63,663 nt of DNA from a virus. Taxonomy: Duplodnaviria; Caudoviricetes. Numbering within the stretch: the first letter of the stretch is position 1; each line of letters starts with the position of its first letter. The DNA is taken from positions 1 through 63,663 of IMG/VR virus record IMGVR_UViG_3300021354_000008; one strand, 5' to 3'. A program made the translations under genes and the position numbers. Below the pieces are notes generated by a model that saw only the letters and a list, made by a program, of their open reading frames with translations, was not told the DNA's origin and ran no database searches. This document shows positions 8,767-18,163 of this stretch, piece after piece.

Positions 8767-10059
8767 ATGGCTGACAACTTAGATACACCCCAATTGGGTA
8801 ACTTTAGTATTCAAGATACTATGGATATGGGAATGGGTAGTCAAGAGTTATTAAATGACTTATTGGCCCCTGAGAGTGCAACTTCTAGTCCTGATGATAT
8901 TCAGGATATTAATAATGATCCTGCACCTACTCCTGCCCCAGCTGCTCCTAAGAAAACTACTTCTAAACAACAAGCCTCTTCAGACCCTGCTCCAGAAGAT
9001 AAGAAAGATGAAAATCCTCAGAAGGATATTCAAAGCTTTTTATATGGAGAAGATGATGAAGAGGAGGATAATGATGAAGATGAACCAGCACCAGCACCAG
9101 CTAAAAAACCTGCTGCACAAGGTACTGCTAATCAAGAAGATAGTAATGATGATGATAATGAAGAGGATAGTCCTACTAGCCAATTCACTGCCTTATCAAG
9201 AGACCTTTTCAAATTAGGTGTCTTCTCTAAAGAAGATGATGATGAAGAAGATACACCAATTGATACTCCAGAAGCTTTCTTAGAAAGATTTAATGCTGAG
9301 AAAAAGAAAGGAGCCACTGAAATAGTAAACAATTTCATTGGTCAATTTGGAGAAGATTATCAAGAAGCATTTGATGCCATATTTGTAAAGGGTGTAAATC
9401 CTAAAGATTACTTTGGAGCTTTCAACCAAATACAATCCTTCGCTGAGATGGATCTTACTCAAGAGAACAATCAAGTGGCAGTTATCAAACAAGCCCTTAC
9501 AGATCAAGGCTTTGATCCTGAAGATGTTACAACAGAGGTAGAAAGACTTAAAAATTATGGTGATTTAGAAACTGTTGCTACTAAACATCACAAAGTATTA
9601 ATAAAGAAAGAAGCTCAAAAGCTTCAACAATTAGAGCAAGACAGAACAGCTCAACTACAACAGCAACAAGCTATCAAACAGCAATACTATCAAAATGTAA
9701 ACAATGTTTTACAAGAGAAGATAAAAGCTAAAGAATTTGATGGCATACCAATTAATCAAAAACTAGCTGGTGAACTACAAGATTTCTTAGTAACAGATAA
9801 GTACAAAACAAATTCTGGTGAAACATTAACAGAGTTTGATCGTACCATTCTGGAGCTTAAACGTCCTGAGAATCATGCAACAAAAGTAAAGCTTGCGTTG
9901 CTTATGAAGATAATGGAGAAAGATCCTACATTATCTACTATTCAAAAGACAGGTATTACCAAAAAGTCAAACGAGTTATTTGGTGAAGTTGCCAGACAAG
10001 CCCAGAAGAGTTCAGTGAAATCTAAACCATCAACTAAATCCTCTTCTTGGTTTCAATAA
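8767..10059 (+). CDS. Putative capsid scaffolding protein (crAss gene-77-like)
   Basis: Very acidic, disordered N-half and coiled-coil C-half; immediately upstream of MCP. Confidence 0.7.
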   Translation: MADNLDTPQLGNFSIQDTMDMGMGSQELLNDLLAPESATSSPDDIQDINNDPAPTPAPAAPKKTTSKQQASSDPAPEDKKDENPQKDIQSFLYGEDDEEEDNDEDEPAPAPAKKPAAQGTANQEDSNDDDNEEDSPTSQFTALSRDLFKLGVFSKEDDDEEDTPIDTPEAFLERFNAEKKKGATEIVNNFIGQFGEDYQEAFDAIFVKGVNPKDYFGAFNQIQSFAEMDLTQENNQVAVIKQALTDQGFDPEDVTTEVERLKNYGDLETVATKHHKVLIKKEAQKLQQLEQDRTAQLQQQQAIKQQYYQNVNNVLQEKIKAKEFDGIPINQKLAGELQDFLVTDKYKTNSGETLTEFDRTILELKRPENHATKVKLALLMKIMEKDPTLSTIQKTGITKKSNELFGEVARQAQKSSVKSKPSTKSSSWFQ

Positions 10060-10095
10060 CAATTTTCTATAACAAAAATTAAAAAAGAATAACAA

Positions 10096-11649
10096 ATGGC
10101 AATTCAAACAATCCCAGGTTTAACTGGTTTTACCTATGCTAGAGTCGCTTCTATGGACAAGCGTGCTGTAGGTAAATTGACTGATTCAAACCACTTGGAA
10201 AGCTTTCACTCAACTGAGCCTGCTGATTATGATAAAAAGATCATCAGCTTATATACTCAGAGTTCTCTTTACAGTAATGATTTCTTGGACATGATTAACA
10301 AGAGCACTCCTTACTATATTGATAATAATAGTGATGCTTGGAAGTGGCAAGTACAAGTTCCTTACAAGTTCCCAAAAATCATTGACATTCCAACAAGTAC
10401 TCATGACTTACCAAAGCCAGGTATTGATGGACATGAATTTCAATTAATCATTGATACCAATGAATTCTCTAAGAATGCAATTGTGTCTGTAGGTACTCGT
10501 CAATATGGTCCTCGTTTCTACGTAGTAAAAGATCCAGTTCCTTGGAACGTTGGATACTTATACACATTCACTTTGGTGAGTGATAATCCTACAGTAGATT
10601 TTGTAAGTCCTCAGTTCTTATTAACAGGTATCGAACTAGAATTAGTTGATGCTGCAATTGGTGAGTTTGATCAAGACTTATTAGGTCTTCCTCGTTTAGG
10701 TGAGCAAATCACAATGTTTGAATCTTTAGGTTCTGCATATGGTTATGAGCACAAAATCACTGAGTGGGCTGATGACAAAATGATGCGTGATGCAAAAGGT
10801 AATCCTTTGGATATCTTAGTATACGCTCCTCAAAGACGTAACCAATTACCTTTAACTCGTAATGATGTTAAATGGGAACCATTTATTGAGTTCTGGATGC
10901 GTAAGTCTATGTTAGAATTAAAAGTTAAGCGTATGATCTGGGCTCGTCCTGGAACTGTGAAGACTAATGGTTCTAAGCAAGAATTAAAGAAAACTTCTGC
11001 TGGTGTATACTACAGAATGCGTAATAATGGTAACTTAGTACAATACAATCGTGGTGAGTTCACAGCTAACTTGATTCGTGCTGTATTTGGTGACTTATTC
11101 TACAGACGTGTGGATGTTAAAGACAGACGTGTAAAAATGTACACTAATGAAGCTGGCTTTGACGTATTCCAACAAGCTTTGAAAACAGATGCATTAAATT
11201 CTGGTTTAACTTTCATGGCTGATTCTGGAAATCGTTACATGCAAGGAGAAGGTCAACACATCACTTACAACTTTGCATTCGATGCAATGGTTACTCGTGA
11301 GACTGGTCGTGTTGAGTTAATTCACTTAAAAGAATTAGACCTTCCTCAAACAAACTTAGAATTTGGACAAAACAAGAAATCAACTCCAGTATTTATGGTG
11401 TTTGATGTATCTCCAATGTCTGATGGTTCTATGGTTAACAACATTCGTGAAGTTCGTATGAAGGGTGCACCTTCTATGACTTGGGGTTATATTGATGGTA
11501 CTCGTCACCACTTAGGCTTTGCTAAGTCTCAAGGTATGAGTTCTGCAAACAAATTCCCTGGTTATGAATTATGGATGAAAGATCGTTGTGATGTGTTTAT
11601 TGAAGATTTATCACGTACAGTGTTGATCGAAGAAATACCACAATACTAA
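10096..11649 (+). CDS. Major capsid protein (crAss-like HK97 fold)
   Basis: 517 aa; LTDSNHL N-terminal motif; synteny; high-expression codon bias (CGT, AAC, TTC). Confidence 0.88.
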   Translation: MAIQTIPGLTGFTYARVASMDKRAVGKLTDSNHLESFHSTEPADYDKKIISLYTQSSLYSNDFLDMINKSTPYYIDNNSDAWKWQVQVPYKFPKIIDIPTSTHDLPKPGIDGHEFQLIIDTNEFSKNAIVSVGTRQYGPRFYVVKDPVPWNVGYLYTFTLVSDNPTVDFVSPQFLLTGIELELVDAAIGEFDQDLLGLPRLGEQITMFESLGSAYGYEHKITEWADDKMMRDAKGNPLDILVYAPQRRNQLPLTRNDVKWEPFIEFWMRKSMLELKVKRMIWARPGTVKTNGSKQELKKTSAGVYYRMRNNGNLVQYNRGEFTANLIRAVFGDLFYRRVDVKDRRVKMYTNEAGFDVFQQALKTDALNSGLTFMADSGNRYMQGEGQHITYNFAFDAMVTRETGRVELIHLKELDLPQTNLEFGQNKKSTPVFMVFDVSPMSDGSMVNNIREVRMKGAPSMTWGYIDGTRHHLGFAKSQGMSSANKFPGYELWMKDRCDVFIEDLSRTVLIEEIPQY

Positions 11650-11655
11650 AAAATA

Positions 11656-11785
11656 TCTAGGAGTAAAGTCCCTAGAAAAAATACAGAGAAGAATTCCCCC
11701 CCACTTCAGAGTGGGGGAGTCTTCTCTACACAGATGGATGGAATGGGGAGTGCCCATTCGCTAACCCTTCACTGGGAGCCATCTG
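11656..11785 (+). ncRNA. Candidate structured RNA element downstream of MCP (two hairpins plus a three-way junction)
   Basis: TCTAGG/CCTAGA (11656-11676); AGAGAAGA..CCCCAC/GTGGGG..TCTTCTCT (11685-11727); CAGATGG/CCATCTG (11731-11785) enclosing GAATGGG/CCCATTC and CCC/GGG hairpins. Confidence 0.45.
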
Positions 11786-11800
11786 CAAATAAAACTACAT

Positions 11801-12139
11801 ATGGGTAGGTATAAATGTTTGAATAAGGAAGAATCTATTAAACTTAATAGAAGCAGTTCTAGAGAGGTTTGTAAAAAGAGAAACAGAGAATTCGTAACAA
11901 ATTACTTAAACAATCATCCTTGTGTAGACTGTGGAAACACAGATATTAGAGTTCTAGAATTTGACCACATCAATGATGATAAAGAAGGAAACATATCTCA
12001 TGCAGTAAATAATACTTGGTCTTTAGAAAGACTAACAAATGAGATAAATAAATGTGAAGTAAGATGTGCAAATTGTCATAGGATTAAAACAATTGAAAGA
12101 AGAAATCAACTTTTTATAAACCAAACAAAAACTACATAA
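11801..12139 (+). CDS. Free-standing HNH endonuclease (probable homing endonuclease)
   Basis: CVDCG...LEFDH...KCEVRCANCHRIKT. Confidence 0.85.
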   Translation: MGRYKCLNKEESIKLNRSSSREVCKKRNREFVTNYLNNHPCVDCGNTDIRVLEFDHINDDKEGNISHAVNNTWSLERLTNEINKCEVRCANCHRIKTIERRNQLFINQTKTT

Positions 12140-12141
12140 AA

Positions 12142-13110
12142 ATGGGTAAGATAGGAAAAATCTCTACTATTAAAAAAGAGTATAACAATTCTCAATTGCA
12201 AACAATGCAAGCAGGACTTGCTTTAAGAGGGTACACTAGAATTCCTGGTACAGGAGTTTTTAAATATCCTTATAAAGAATTAGATGGTCAGTACAGAACA
12301 GGACTAGATCCTAAAGCTTCTTATATAAGAAGAATTATTGATCCTTTAGAAAGAGAGATGGAAATCGAAAGAGTAACAGCATTAAAGACTAAATTAGAAG
12401 ATGCATTAGGTGGTGTTGATTTAAGTCCACGTTCTTCATTTTGGAATTACAGTTTATCAACTTCTACAGATGATACAATGCATGTACAACCTGTTAAGCT
12501 TATGGATGGTGACAATTATTATGATTTGTCAATGCCATTACAAGAGCTAGCTTTTTCATGGTTAAGAGTTCATCCAACAATTGCTTCTAGCTATGGTGCT
12601 TGGGAGCGTGGTGAATATCCAGCAGACATACAATTCTATGTGGCTGATGATGAGATTGAAAATGCAGTGATGTTTAAGAAGAAACAATTGATCAACAAGG
12701 CTATTGTTAAGTTTGATGCAATGACTCCAGAGAAGAAGAAGAAAGTAGCTCGTTTACTTGGTCTTCCAGTTTCAGATGATTCTAGAGAAGAATTTGTATA
12801 CAATCAAGTAGATAACCTATTAAAACAAACAGAATTCAAAAATGGTAAACATACTGGTTTAAACCCTGTAGAGGTGTTCAGTAGATTTGCAGACATGAAG
12901 GAAAACTTACTCCATATTAAAGACTTGGTTAAACAAGCTATTGCTCATTCAGTATACAGACTAAAACCTAATGGTAAAGTTTATGAAGGTGAGTTTGAAG
13001 TTGCTAAAGATGAAGATGATTTAGTTAAGTTCTTAGCAGATGAAGATAACCAAGATCAATTGTTAGTTTTAGAAGGTAAATTAAAAGGAAAAAAAATAGC
13101 TTCACTATGA
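12142..13110 (+). CDS. Conserved crAss-like protein following MCP (gene-75-like)
   Basis: 322 aa; synteny after MCP; YRTGLD, FW..., HPTIA motifs. Confidence 0.6.
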   Translation: MGKIGKISTIKKEYNNSQLQTMQAGLALRGYTRIPGTGVFKYPYKELDGQYRTGLDPKASYIRRIIDPLEREMEIERVTALKTKLEDALGGVDLSPRSSFWNYSLSTSTDDTMHVQPVKLMDGDNYYDLSMPLQELAFSWLRVHPTIASSYGAWERGEYPADIQFYVADDEIENAVMFKKKQLINKAIVKFDAMTPEKKKKVARLLGLPVSDDSREEFVYNQVDNLLKQTEFKNGKHTGLNPVEVFSRFADMKENLLHIKDLVKQAIAHSVYRLKPNGKVYEGEFEVAKDEDDLVKFLADEDNQDQLLVLEGKLKGKKIASL

Positions 13111-13838
13111 TCCCAGTAGATAGTTTATTATATAAGATTGACCAGAAACTAAATAAACTATCCACAAATGATCATCAAGTAGTGAACTTAGAAGATAAGA
13201 TCTTAGCATTAAATGAAGCTCAAATAAAGCTCATAAAGCAAAAGGTTGATGGATGGAGTACAAATTCTGGTTATGGTATGGATGCTTTTAAGAAGCGTTA
13301 TGAAGACCTTCAAAGCTTGGTTGTTACTTATAATAATCAACCTCTTACCCTAGCATTGAAAAATGCTGAACTAAATCAATGGTTTGCAAACATCCATCTT
13401 CTTGATCCTAAGTATATGTTCTATGTAGATAGTTACGTAATAGCAGATAAAGGAAGATGTAGAGACAGAAAGATATGGATTAATAGAGACTTAGCTAAGC
13501 ATGGTGACTTACAGTTTTGCTTAAACAATGTTCACTATAGACCTTCCTTTGAATATCAAGAGACATTCAACTTTCTTTCCTCAGATGAGATAAGTATATT
13601 TACAGATGGTACATTTATACCAAAAACTATAAATATATCTTATATGAGATATCCTCAATATATTAATAAAGTAGGATATATTATGTTAGATGGTTTACCT
13701 TCCTTTGATCAAGACTGCGAGCTTGAACTATATCTAGAAGATGAATTGTTAGATTTGACAGTACAAAACTTGGCTATGTATACAGAAAACCAAAGTGCTG
13801 TACAAAGTTCAATCTACAGAATTCAAACAAACGAATAA
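13107..13838 (+). CDS. Tail ring / head-tail adaptor protein (gene-74-like)
   Basis: LNEAQ near the N-terminus; ISYMRYP...CEL...LEDELLDLTV ring-protein pattern. Confidence 0.65.
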   Translation: MIPVDSLLYKIDQKLNKLSTNDHQVVNLEDKILALNEAQIKLIKQKVDGWSTNSGYGMDAFKKRYEDLQSLVVTYNNQPLTLALKNAELNQWFANIHLLDPKYMFYVDSYVIADKGRCRDRKIWINRDLAKHGDLQFCLNNVHYRPSFEYQETFNFLSSDEISIFTDGTFIPKTINISYMRYPQYINKVGYIMLDGLPSFDQDCELELYLEDELLDLTVQNLAMYTENQSAVQSSIYRIQTNE

Positions 13839-13864
13839 TTTTTCACAATTAAATATAAAGCAAA

Positions 13865-15025
13865 ATGGCTGATTTTTCATTAACCACGCTCTTCGTGGTG
13901 CCAGTAGGAAACACTCTACCTAGCACTGGGTCCACGCAAGATTTAACAGCTGGTCAAGTAGGAATTTTCACTAGTCTTTACACTGTAGCTAATGCAGGTA
14001 ATATAGCTGACTATCCTTACTTCTATGTCGCTCAAGGTAGAACAAACACATATTTACAAGGCTCTAAGCGTTCTGATAAGATTGCTGGATGTCCTGGTGG
14101 TCAATCATGTAAATCAAACGTAACTGAATGGTACAAATCAATTGGTTGTGGTACAGCTGTAAATCAAATTACAGATGTAGTTAACTTCAATGTTAAGCCA
14201 GGTGATATTGTTACTTTAACATTACGTGGTTTCTCAAATTACTTACAAACATTGTATTTCAATGGTTGGACTAAATCTGTAGTTGTAAATGCTCCATGTT
14301 TAGCATGTGGTGAAAACCCTTGCTCTGACGTTGACGTTCCAGAACTAATTGATCGTTTAATCTATCAATTGAATTTACATGCTCCAGGTAATGCCCCTGA
14401 GAACATTTACTTTACTCAATTCTACAGTTTCCAAAGAGTTGGTAATGATCAAAATGCATTCTTACGTATCACTGGTAAACCATTAACTGTTTATGGACAA
14501 CCTTGTGACGTTGCTGCTGATCCTTGGGAGTATGACAGATTTTATTTCAGAACTTTCATTTACGCTGGTCCTGCAACAACTGCTGACTTCATCGTTGCTG
14601 ATCCTTGTAATGTGATAGCTGAACCAATTGTTCGTCAAAGATCTAGCTATCCTGCTGGAACTTCTGCTGAGGTTCAACAATTAGAAAAGAACTTCTATAG
14701 CTATCAAGCTGGTTACTTAAAGCACTTATACAGAATGAATGGTTACAACGAGAACTTTGAGTCTTGGGTAAGCAATGGTACAGTATATGATTTATACTAT
14801 ATCAAATTCAATGAATATGATAAGTCTGCTTATCAATGGGGTGATTATATCATGGAGGATAGTACAGTAATTCTTGCTGTTCCTCAAGGTGCAACATCTG
14901 CAATTGAAGCTATCTTAGTAGCTGGTTTAGGACCTGTAGCTGGTGATAACGTATGTGTTACTACTACAAGTACAACAACAAGTTCTACTAGTACAACAAC
15001 AACAACTACTACCCAAATTCCTTAA
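13865..15025 (+). CDS. Abundant structural protein, probable auxiliary capsid protein with C-terminal poly-Thr tail
   Basis: MCP-like codon bias; followed by a terminator; crAss synteny; ends TTTSTTTSSTSTTTTTTTQIP. Confidence 0.6.
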   Translation: MADFSLTTLFVVPVGNTLPSTGSTQDLTAGQVGIFTSLYTVANAGNIADYPYFYVAQGRTNTYLQGSKRSDKIAGCPGGQSCKSNVTEWYKSIGCGTAVNQITDVVNFNVKPGDIVTLTLRGFSNYLQTLYFNGWTKSVVVNAPCLACGENPCSDVDVPELIDRLIYQLNLHAPGNAPENIYFTQFYSFQRVGNDQNAFLRITGKPLTVYGQPCDVAADPWEYDRFYFRTFIYAGPATTADFIVADPCNVIAEPIVRQRSSYPAGTSAEVQQLEKNFYSYQAGYLKHLYRMNGYNENFESWVSNGTVYDLYYIKFNEYDKSAYQWGDYIMEDSTVILAVPQGATSAIEAILVAGLGPVAGDNVCVTTTSTTTSSTSTTTTTTTQIP

Positions 15026-15051
15026 GAAATAAGGTAGTATTATATTAACCT

Positions 15052-15094
15052 ATGCCAGAGGGTGAGAGGATATCTCAAGTCCTCTGGCATTTTT
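15052..15094 (+). terminator. Intrinsic terminator
   Basis: ATGCCAGAGG...CCTCTGGCAT stem (inner TGAGA/TCTCA stem) followed by TTTT. Confidence 0.75.
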
Positions 15095-15107
15095 ATTATA
15101 ACAAACC

Positions 15108-15665
15108 ATGATATTAGATTTTTTAGTAATCAATACGTATAATACTCAGACACTTGGTGTGGCTGATATATCTACGTATGATACAAACCCACCAAATGTT
15201 AGTGGTGCTAACATGGAGATTACTATTCCTGGTTTTCCTGATCCTGTCAATGTTCCATTTATCCCACAAGATTTTAATGTCTATAACTCAATTATATTAG
15301 GACTAAGTGATTTTCCAGCATTAGATCCTCTTCCTGATGGCGTATATTTCATGAAGTATTCAGTTGCACCTGCAACTACATACTTTAGAGAAAAGAATAT
15401 TATGCGTACTGATAGAATACAAGAGAAGTTTGATTCTGCATTTATGAAGCTTGACATGATGGAATGTGATTCAGCTATTAGGACCCAAGCAAAAGTAGTT
15501 CTTAATAGTGTTTGGTATATGATTCAAGGATCAATAGCAGCAGCTAATAACTGTGCTATAGATACAGCAAATAAACTATATGCCCAAGCTAATAGACAAT
15601 TAGATTATTTTATTGCAAACCAATGTGGTTGTACAGGAAACAACTATATTATTAATTTCCCTTAA
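15108..15665 (+). CDS. Structural protein, possible tail-fibre hub subunit A
   Basis: Beta-rich N-domain (LPDGVY) plus Cys-containing helical C-domain; synteny only. Confidence 0.5.
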   Translation: MILDFLVINTYNTQTLGVADISTYDTNPPNVSGANMEITIPGFPDPVNVPFIPQDFNVYNSIILGLSDFPALDPLPDGVYFMKYSVAPATTYFREKNIMRTDRIQEKFDSAFMKLDMMECDSAIRTQAKVVLNSVWYMIQGSIAAANNCAIDTANKLYAQANRQLDYFIANQCGCTGNNYIINFP

Positions 15666-15666
15666 T

Positions 15667-15813
15667 ATGGCAAACTGTAGAAACTGTGGTCTGAGTGTTG
15701 GATGTGGCTGTCAATTAATTAATGGCCTATGTTCAGCATGTCACAACAAAGTGAAGAATGCTACAAAAAGATTAAAGAATGCTTACACCAAGATTAACAG
15801 ATTGTTTAGTTAA
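15667..15813 (+). CDS. 48-aa Cys-rich metal-binding peptide
   Basis: MANCRNCGLSVGCGCQLINGLCSAC...; ATG 15667 follows the previous stop. Confidence 0.6.
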   Translation: MANCRNCGLSVGCGCQLINGLCSACHNKVKNATKRLKNAYTKINRLFS

Positions 15814-16054
15814 TTGTACAATCCCATTCACGTTAACTGAGATTGATGAAAAGCTTACATACTGGGCTAAGCTTCAGTATAATAATATTATATTCTCTAT
15901 GAATAATTATATTCCTGGGGAAGTAATAGATGATTTATTACATTATAAACAAATATTAACATACAGACTTTGTAATCCTTATTATGCTATGGACTGTGGC
16001 ATGCCCACTGACTATCAGATTATAAGTAGAGTTAAAGTGTTAATTCATAAATAA
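15779..16054 (+). CDS. Small structural protein, possible hub subunit B
   Basis: 91-aa helical protein with Cys; synteny only. Confidence 0.45.
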   Translation: MLTPRLTDCLVNCTIPFTLTEIDEKLTYWAKLQYNNIIFSMNNYIPGEVIDDLLHYKQILTYRLCNPYYAMDCGMPTDYQIISRVKVLIHK

Positions 16055-16062
16055 ATTAAACC

Positions 16063-17181
16063 ATGTCTTGTGATTCTTGCTACAATGGTTGCGTAGAGAC
16101 TGTATCTGATCAATGTGTTAGATATACAGGTCTTGACAGTGTACCTTTAGATATACAAAATGGAGATAATCTTCAAACCACTTTAGAGAACATAATTAAT
16201 AATCTTGTTCCTCTTTTAACTGGAGAAGGAGATAAAATTCTTTTAATAGAAGCAATACGTTGTGCTCTTATAAATACTTACTTGCCTGGTCCAACTATAC
16301 CAGATACATGGACATCTGCACAAATATTTGAAGCTTTAACAAAGTCTGTTTGTGCTCTTCAAGCACAATATGATATAGGAGCAGGACTTATTTTTGATAT
16401 AGAAGCTCCTTACACAACAGAATGCCTTACAGTGGTTCCTGGAAACTCTGTAACACATCAAGTTCTCCAAGCTACTATAGACAAACTTTGTACAACTGTT
16501 TTAGATGTATATGCTCTTGAGCTTGACTTAAATACAAACTATGTTAAGCTTGCAGACTTTGATGCATTAGTAGCAGCTTATTTAGCTAGCTTACCAAGTG
16601 GATCTACTCAGCAATCATCAAAGATGGTTCCTTTTGTAGCATATGAATATTATGGTTCATTAGATAACTTTGATGGTACAGGTGCTGGTATTCCAGGAAA
16701 TGGATTCTATAAGGTGTATCTATGTAATGGCTTAAATGGCACTCCTGATAAAAGAGGACGTGTTGCTGTTGGAGCTATTGTAGATGTACCACCTATTGGT
16801 ATTGGTTTAGATGCTGCTGTGAATCCTTCAAATCCTGCTAATCCTAATTATGCATTACTAGATACAGATGGATCTAATAGTGTAGTTTTAGTTACACCAC
16901 AATTACCTGCTCACTCACATACATCATCAGCATCAACTTCTGTTTCAATAACTGATCCTGGTCATGCTCATTTTGTCAACTACTTAAATAAAAATGGTGG
17001 AGATGGAAATAATGTATTAGGTAGTGAAGCTGGATCAAATAATAGAGCAACTACATCAGCCACTACAGGTATTTCAGCTACAGCTAGTACAACTGTACAA
17101 GTTAATGCTACAGGAAATGGAGAAGGTCATCCAAACATCCAACCTGTCATAGCTGCTTATTATATCATGTATATTCCTTAA
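16063..17181 (+). CDS. Short tail fibre with tail-collar domain
   Basis: LCNGLNGTPDKRGRVAVG collar motif, QLPAHSH and DPGHAH His motifs, C-terminal GHPNIQP...YIM. Confidence 0.85.
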   Translation: MSCDSCYNGCVETVSDQCVRYTGLDSVPLDIQNGDNLQTTLENIINNLVPLLTGEGDKILLIEAIRCALINTYLPGPTIPDTWTSAQIFEALTKSVCALQAQYDIGAGLIFDIEAPYTTECLTVVPGNSVTHQVLQATIDKLCTTVLDVYALELDLNTNYVKLADFDALVAAYLASLPSGSTQQSSKMVPFVAYEYYGSLDNFDGTGAGIPGNGFYKVYLCNGLNGTPDKRGRVAVGAIVDVPPIGIGLDAAVNPSNPANPNYALLDTDGSNSVVLVTPQLPAHSHTSSASTSVSITDPGHAHFVNYLNKNGGDGNNVLGSEAGSNNRATTSATTGISATASTTVQVNATGNGEGHPNIQPVIAAYYIMYIP

Positions 17182-17201
17182 TCTATTTAAAATAAAATAA
17201 A

Positions 17202-17447
17202 ATGTCTTGCTCTTCTTGCAATCCTTGTTATACTGCTTATTATAGACCTAGTGCTAATTGTGTATCTGCTCCTTGTGCAACAGTGGCAAGTCAGGTGATA
17301 TATAATGGTCCAAACTTACCAGGCACTGGTGTGCAAACTGGACAAAATTTAGACTGTGCATTATCTGAGATAGATGATGCTATTCTTCAATTAAAGGTAT
17401 TAGTATATAGTTTAACCACTACCACTACTACAACAATAGCTCCATAA
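17202..17447 (+). CDS. Small Cys-rich fibre-docking-module protein with poly-Thr tail
   Basis: VIYNGPNLPGTGVQTGQNLDCAL module shared with the 16063 and 51779 genes. Confidence 0.7.
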   Translation: MSCSSCNPCYTAYYRPSANCVSAPCATVASQVIYNGPNLPGTGVQTGQNLDCALSEIDDAILQLKVLVYSLTTTTTTTIAP

Positions 17448-17457
17448 ATAAACCAAT

Positions 17458-17985
17458 ATGACAGTATTAGTAACCTTAACCTTAGCTGGGGCAGATACAG
17501 GTCCATTTAATCTCTATTCAGATTCAGATGGATATACTACCCCACTTGCCACAGGAGTGGCTAAATCAGCATTACAAGCTGGCTACACCCTATCAGGTGT
17601 ACCTGCTGATGCTACAATAATTAGAACATCTTCTACAGGAACCTGTACTAATTATATTGATATGTTAATTGCTGGTGTTACAACCACAACTACTACAACT
17701 AGCTCAACTAGTACAACAACTACCACTACAACTTCAGCACCTCCAGTGTATGACTATTACATAGCAAATGAATACATATGTGATTTTCCTGGATGTACAT
17801 TAAATGCAACAAACATTAATGTGGCTTTCCCAGCAGGATTTAGTTATGTGTCAGACTTTTACTACAGTGACTTAGTTCATAGTGGAGTGGTTTATCAAAT
17901 AACTTCTTCAACAACTGAAAGTATTTCTGTGATTTTAGATACAATAGGTGGCAATAGTGTTTGCAATCTAGCTTGTTCAGTATAA
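17458..17985 (+). CDS. Virion surface protein: TGPFN domain, poly-Thr linker, Cys-rich C-terminal domain
   Basis: N-domain similar to the 26252 gene N-terminus; C-domain similar to the 53434 gene C-terminus. Confidence 0.7.
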   Translation: MTVLVTLTLAGADTGPFNLYSDSDGYTTPLATGVAKSALQAGYTLSGVPADATIIRTSSTGTCTNYIDMLIAGVTTTTTTTSSTSTTTTTTTSAPPVYDYYIANEYICDFPGCTLNATNINVAFPAGFSYVSDFYYSDLVHSGVVYQITSSTTESISVILDTIGGNSVCNLACSV

Positions 17986-18018
17986 TATTCAAAAACCCTG
18001 TTTGTTGGTTTACAGGGG

Positions 18019-18054
18019 ACCCCCTGGCCTTTCTAGGCTGGGGGTTTTTATTTT
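18019..18054 (+). terminator. Intrinsic terminator (preceded by a second hairpin at 17995-18017)
   Basis: CCCCTGGCCT-TTCT-AGGCTGGGGG stem followed by TTTTTATTTT. Confidence 0.8.
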
Positions 18055-18058
18055 AACT

Positions 18059-18135
18059 ATAACAAAAAAAGTTATTCTATATAATTAAAATAGTTAGTAA
18101 AATTTTGGGGATGTCAGAAATAGTTCCTATCTTTA
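18059..18135 (+). promoter_or_regulatory. Tandem box B (18059-18075, 18081-18097) plus promoter
   Basis: ATAAC-A7-GTTAT and ATAAT-N7-GTTAG 22 bp apart; TTTG (18104-18107), 20-nt spacer, TATCTTTA (18128-18135). Confidence 0.65.
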
Positions 18136-18163
18136 CAGTAATTTTAACTAAATTTAACTATAC

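Noticed and set aside
11731-11785. tRNA or hammerhead ribozyme
   Set aside because: Has a 7-bp closing stem but only 55 nt, with no D-arm, no 7-nt anticodon loop, no GTTCRA or CCA, and no CUGANGA/GAAA core on either strand
11656-12139. IscB/HEARO-type RNA-guided nuclease
   Set aside because: The 112-aa HNH has no PLMP or RuvC motifs, and the RNA is short; an ordinary Zn-binding HNH fits better
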